Below the pieces are notes generated by a model. It made no database searches, had not been told where the DNA came from, and saw only the letters and a program-made list of their open reading frames with translations. From the IMG/VR virus record IMGVR_UViG_3300021400_000045, positions 52,013-116,012 of that record: DNA of 64,000 bases; one strand, given 5' to 3'. The translations under genes and the position numbers were made by a program. The stretch comes from a virus. Its lineage: Duplodnaviria; Caudoviricetes. This document shows, in pieces, positions 59,920-64,000 of this stretch. Position 1 is the first letter of the stretch, and the number at the start of each line of letters is the position of its first letter.

Positions 59920-60701
59920 GCCATGTCGATCCAGCCACCGCCATTACTCGGAGGGATGTCCTCCGGCGTCGGGTATCCGCTGTTCACGCCATGCTTCTCT
60001 ATCCATTTACTATTATCCGCTACCATATTCTTGACATCGTCTGTCTGTATCACTTCATCCTCGACAGCCATGATACGCACGATACCATACCCGTCCCAGT
60101 CATCGTTCTCCGTGTCCACCTGCGCGATCTTCCACGCGCTGGGATGTACCCTGTTCCTGTCATGCAGGAAGCGGTAGTCGTTGTCGAAGAGCAGTGTCTC
60201 CTCGTTAGCGGGGAAGTAGTACAGTCTCTGGGAGGATACGGTCACCACATAGTCGGTGCTCCGTTCGCCGGAGTTGTACTGCGTCGCGTTGTGCACGACC
60301 ACGGGGTAGCTGACCGTCTTGAACGTTGTCAGCGATGTGAAGTTCAGCCACGAGTTGCAGTAGTACAAGATGCCCTTGCTGTACAGCCTGTTCTGGTCTA
60401 CCAGAGAGATAACGAGCCACCATCTGCCGTCGATCAGCAGAAGGTCACCACACTGGATCTCTCCCAGCTCCGTCAGGATCTGGCGCTCCTTCATCTTGTT
60501 GTAACTGTTCTCCACCTGGTCGAGTACCAGAGCGCGAATGCGCCTAGGTTTGTTGGTCGGTCTGTCGCCGTAGATGTCCACCGTGCGGGCGAAGTCTGTC
60601 TTCAGGATACTGTTCCTGAACGCGCCGCGCCATTGCCGGAACTCATCGTTCTCAAACCCGCCCAGCACGTCAGGCTCCATCAGGTACCATTCAGCAGCCA
60701 T
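59916..60701 (-). CDS. Putative head-closure/neck protein
   Basis: Position in the head-tail cluster; GD.L..DG..WL motif. Confidence 0.45.
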   Translation of the reverse strand: MAAEWYLMEPDVLGGFENDEFRQWRGAFRNSILKTDFARTVDIYGDRPTNKPRRIRALVLDQVENSYNKMKERQILTELGEIQCGDLLLIDGRWWLVISLVDQNRLYSKGILYYCNSWLNFTSLTTFKTVSYPVVVHNATQYNSGERSTDYVVTVSSQRLYYFPANEETLLFDNDYRFLHDRNRVHPSAWKIAQVDTENDDWDGYGIVRIMAVEDEVIQTDDVKNMVADNSKWIEKHGVNSGYPTPEDIPPSNGGGWIDMA

Positions 60702-60711
60702 TCACACCACC

Positions 60712-61110
60712 TCAGTCCCCGTACCATGACGTCTTCTGTTTGTTGATGTAGTCAGCGGCGGTCGCTTTCGCGTCAAGAAGTTCGTTGTACGTATACTTCT
60801 TCGTTTCGCCGTTGCCGTTCAGCTTGATGTCGTTGGTAATGATATTGTTGATCTTATTCACACGGCTGAGTTCACGTTCGATATACATCACTTGCATGAG
60901 CCTTGCTAATGTGTGAGCCACCACAAATGGTGTCTTCTCATCGAATTCCATCGTTTCCATGTCGTAATTGATGTTCCCGATTTCGAGCTCGTACTGCGAT
61001 AACGCCTGATTGAACCACAGATCCACCAGCTCGTCCGGCAGCAGAGTCCTCTCGCGAATCAGCGTGTGGAATGACTCGATCACATCAGTTTTTGTGAACA
61101 AGATAACCAC
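60712..61110 (-). CDS. Putative head-tail connector
   Basis: Small helical protein downstream of the capsid genes. Confidence 0.45.
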   Translation of the reverse strand: MVILFTKTDVIESFHTLIRERTLLPDELVDLWFNQALSQYELEIGNINYDMETMEFDEKTPFVVAHTLARLMQVMYIERELSRVNKINNIITNDIKLNGNGETKKYTYNELLDAKATAADYINKQKTSWYGD

Positions 61111-61126
61111 CTCTTGTTTTTAGAGA

Positions 61127-61585
61127 TCAGCCTACCTTTGCAGAGGTAGCGTTTTCGATATACCTGATCTTGGCATAATCGTTGACGCCCTTGCGCTTGA
61201 TATAGTCAAGCACCCTGAACGCCTCATGGGGATATTTGAGGAAGCCGGAGATGTTCTTTTCAAACGCTGACTGCGTCTTGTACTCGAACACCTTGTCCAG
61301 ATACTCGTCCGTCGGCACGGCCTGATTGTCTGGGATCTCGAACTGCGCCCGCAGGTCTTTGTCGCCGATGACGATACGCGCATGAGCGCCGTGTCCGTCA
61401 GTGCCCACAAACATTTCATTGCGTGCGTAGCACTGCTGTTCCACTTCGTCGCGCTCCATCGTAATGGTCGCGTCAGCCTGGATACTGACCTCGCCGCTGT
61501 TCAGCAGGCGCTTGAAGTACACAGGCCACGGGGCGAGATTAGTGACGTTAATCCTCGTCTGTTTTTGCATCTCCGCCATTTCCAT
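61127..61585 (-). CDS. Hypothetical protein
   Basis: In-operon ORF. Confidence 0.6.
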   Translation of the reverse strand: MEMAEMQKQTRINVTNLAPWPVYFKRLLNSGEVSIQADATITMERDEVEQQCYARNEMFVGTDGHGAHARIVIGDKDLRAQFEIPDNQAVPTDEYLDKVFEYKTQSAFEKNISGFLKYPHEAFRVLDYIKRKGVNDYAKIRYIENATSAKVG

Positions 61586-61865
61586 TTTCCTCCATCAATT
61601 TATTTACGGCGTGGTCGAGGCGGTCGATGCTCTGCATGATGAAGCGTAGCTTCTCGATGGGAGCCCACCTGGCCCACTTAAACAAACTCCATTCAGCCAG
61701 TGCCTTGGTCAGCGCGTCGCCCTTCAGAAATACCCAGTAGGGTTTCCCGCTCACCTGATTCTTGCCTTTGCTCTCATAGTCGAGACCACAGGCTTTCAGG
61801 AAGTGCATCATCACCGCGCTGTAGCAGTAGAACAGAGTTTCCTCTCTAACATTCTTTACTTCCAT
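61548..61865 (-). CDS. DUF5659-like small protein
   Basis: FYCYS....FL...G..Y.......K.YWVF.K...L..AL..W. Confidence 0.55.
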   Translation of the reverse strand: MEVKNVREETLFYCYSAVMMHFLKACGLDYESKGKNQVSGKPYWVFLKGDALTKALAEWSLFKWARWAPIEKLRFIMQSIDRLDHAVNKLMEENGNGGDAKTDED

Positions 61866-61916
61866 ATATCAAAGTAGGGGCGGGTGTCTTACCCGCCCCT
61901 TCCTCCTCACTCGTTA

Positions 61917-63026
61917 TTACAGTGCGTAGTCAGCCGCAGGGGTGATAGAGGTATCGTTCAGCAGAGCGATCTTGTACTCCTGGCCCTTGGCGACGTCAGC
62001 CGCGACAGTCAGGTCGTAGCGGGTCAGCAGACGGCCAGTGGTCACATCGTTGCCGCTGAAGCTGGTGATGCCGCCGACAGTCCAGGTCGCGACGGGAGAT
62101 TCAACGCCATTGGGCAGGATGTACATCAGACCTTCGGGAGACATGGCGACGAAATCATCACCATCAGCATTCAGCTTGCCGAAGTCATAGACCATCGGGA
62201 TCTCGCGAACGATAGAGCCGTTGTAGTACTCCAGCAGACCGGTCTTACGGATCTCTTCCATAGCAGCGTCAGACAGGCCGGTGAAGGGCACAGCAGTGCT
62301 GTTGTAGGGAGCGAACGCATTGATCTGGGAAACGGTCGCATACGCGCCGAGGATGGTGGTCGGGCCGAACTTGCGGACTTTCTTCACGATGCCGTCCAGC
62401 GCAGCCTTGGTGACGCCCTGGGTCTCGGCGAAGTACTTCACACCAGTCGCATTCTTGATGGCCTGATAGACCTTCTTCATGACATAGTCAGTGGCCTTGT
62501 TCAGCATTTCGGTGTGCACGCGCTGCATGGCCGCGTTCTCACGGGTCATGTCGCCCATAGACAGCGTACGGTAGTCCACCTGATAACCGGCGGAGATGTT
62601 CACGGGCTGCACGATGTAGCGCTCAGACGTGTGGGTCGGGAAGCGCACAGTGCCGTTAAGGGCCTGGAAGCGGGCGGTGTCAGAGGACACGTTCCAGATT
62701 TCACGCTCAACGGTCTCGTTAGCGCCAAGGGGCTGGTAGGAGCCGAAGATGCTCAGAAGCTGCAGCTCCTGGAGAACTTCGGGGTTCAGGATCTCGCGGC
62801 GAATCTGGTTCAGTTCAGAGACCGCGTTCATGTCGCCTTCGGCAGCCTTGGTGCCGAGGTTCTTGATGTACTCGACCGCACGGTCGGCCACCTTGGGATC
62901 GGCGTAGGTAGGCAGGGCCTTGCCCTTAACCATCGCGCTGAACACTTCTACAACAGGAGAAGTGCTCTTAATCTTGGGATTATCAACGTCCCGACGGGCG
63001 TTGTTCATTTCAAAAGAATAATTCAT
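61917..63026 (-). CDS. Major capsid protein
   Basis: 369 aa, strongly biased codons, located after the scaffold and decoration genes, followed by a GC hairpin (61877-61900). Confidence 0.75.
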   Translation of the reverse strand: MNYSFEMNNARRDVDNPKIKSTSPVVEVFSAMVKGKALPTYADPKVADRAVEYIKNLGTKAAEGDMNAVSELNQIRREILNPEVLQELQLLSIFGSYQPLGANETVEREIWNVSSDTARFQALNGTVRFPTHTSERYIVQPVNISAGYQVDYRTLSMGDMTRENAAMQRVHTEMLNKATDYVMKKVYQAIKNATGVKYFAETQGVTKAALDGIVKKVRKFGPTTILGAYATVSQINAFAPYNSTAVPFTGLSDAAMEEIRKTGLLEYYNGSIVREIPMVYDFGKLNADGDDFVAMSPEGLMYILPNGVESPVATWTVGGITSFSGNDVTTGRLLTRYDLTVAADVAKGQEYKIALLNDTSITPAADYAL

Positions 63027-63056
63027 AACTCATTCTCTCCTTTCCTGTCGTAGTGA

Positions 63057-63515
63057 TTAGGTGCTAGCAGCGCCCTTGACGACCTTCACACGAACGCCGG
63101 CCACGCCGCCGATCATAATCTTGTCGATGACCTTGAAGGTCACAATGGTGGCCACGCCGGTCTTGCTCAGCTTGCCATTGGCATCAGCCTTCAGCGTGTC
63201 GCCAACGGCGATGCTGGCCATCGCGGTCGCGATGTTAGACTCGGTAGCGATCATCTCGCGGCCATCCCAGGCGGCCAGGTCGTACAGGTTCAGAGGAGAA
63301 CCTGCGGGGATCATAGCGCCCTCCAGATAGCGGTCGTCGCCCTGAAGATCATTGATGGCAACATACAGAGCGGTAGAAGCGGCGGCGGGGGCGGCGACTT
63401 CACCATTAGCATTGATAGTGCAGATGTAGCCGTTCAGCACATCGGTGGCCGCTTTGAGCGTGGGGAAGTTGCGAGCGCTATGTTCAATAGACTCGATTTC
63501 ATGCCAGATAAACAT
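63057..63515 (-). CDS. Putative capsid decoration protein
   Basis: Ala-rich 152-aa protein directly upstream of the capsid gene. Confidence 0.55.
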   Translation of the reverse strand: MFIWHEIESIEHSARNFPTLKAATDVLNGYICTINANGEVAAPAAASTALYVAINDLQGDDRYLEGAMIPAGSPLNLYDLAAWDGREMIATESNIATAMASIAVGDTLKADANGKLSKTGVATIVTFKVIDKIMIGGVAGVRVKVVKGAAST

Positions 63516-63541
63516 ATCGGTTTCACCTTTCCTTTCTTAGA

Positions 63542-64000
63542 TTAGAAAATACTGATCTCGACATTGCCGCTGTTCTCCACAGCGCCAAAGATGTCCAGGT
63601 CGTCATGCTTGTCGTTGTGTTCCTTGTTCTTGCGCTCAGCAACGATGCCAACGCAGATCTTGTTCACAACACTATTGATCTCGCAGTTCATGGGGTCAGC
63701 CTTGAACGCTTCGATCTCTTCTTTCGCGTAAGCCTTCTCGCTTTCGCTGTAGTCGGCCAGTGCGCTCTCCAGCTCCGCAACGCGGGCTTTCTTCTCGAAC
63801 TCGTTGACTTTCTCTTCGAGCTCGGCAATCTTGGCGTCCTTCGCGGTCGCGTCTTCCTTCAGCTGGTTGACTTCCGCTTCCAGAGCGGTGACATTCTCGT
63901 TCGCCTGATTCAGTTCGGCTTCCTTCGCGGCAACGTTTTCGTTCAGCGAATTCAGTTCGTTCGTGAGATTTGCCTTATCGTCAAGAACGGCGTGCAGTTC
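63542..64000 (-). CDS. Scaffold/prohead protease C-terminal part (5' end outside the window)
   Basis: Acidic coiled coil (EAELNQANENVTALEAEVN...) ending ISIF with a stop at 63542. Confidence 0.6.
   Translation of the reverse strand, partial: ELHAVLDDKANLTNELNSLNENVAAKEAELNQANENVTALEAEVNQLKEDATAKDAKIAELEEKVNEFEKKARVAELESALADYSESEKAYAKEEIEAFKADPMNCEINSVVNKICVGIVAERKNKEHNDKHDDLDIFGAVENSGNVEISIF

Overview
The whole window is part of a large temperate tailed phage (siphovirus-like, probably infecting Firmicutes/Clostridia). It appears in its non-integrated form, because the attachment core has phage genes on both sides. On the + strand (1-12.5 kb) is a replication and nucleotide-metabolism operon: dnaE split by an ORF-less group I intron, a transglutaminase-like protein, thyX, DUF3310, a glutaredoxin, nrdD split by a group I intron carrying an HNH-AP2 homing endonuclease, nrdG, an ArgR homolog and a dUTPase. 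Two tail/baseplate-like genes end this arm. The junction (12.5-15.5 kb) holds an AT-richer accessory cassette bounded by a 19-bp direct repeat, then an attP matching the 3' half of tRNA-Thr(GGU), a tyrosine integrase, a KTSC protein and a BC1881-like protein. On the - strand (15.5-64 kb) is the virion operon: scaffold, capsid, neck, major tail protein, a RecU-like resolvase, many repetitive fibre/adhesin proteins (including a 2429-aa protein with a CotH-like kinase domain), lysis genes and a 4211-aa tape measure protein. The best candidate for a new system is the junction cassette. It contains a 58-aa ORF and a PBECR-type (colicin D/E5/RelE-like) RNase. Directly after them is an independently promoted and terminated 73-nt cloverleaf RNA, which could be a tRNA-mimic antitoxin or decoy. 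All family assignments come from motif recognition by eye, not from database searches.
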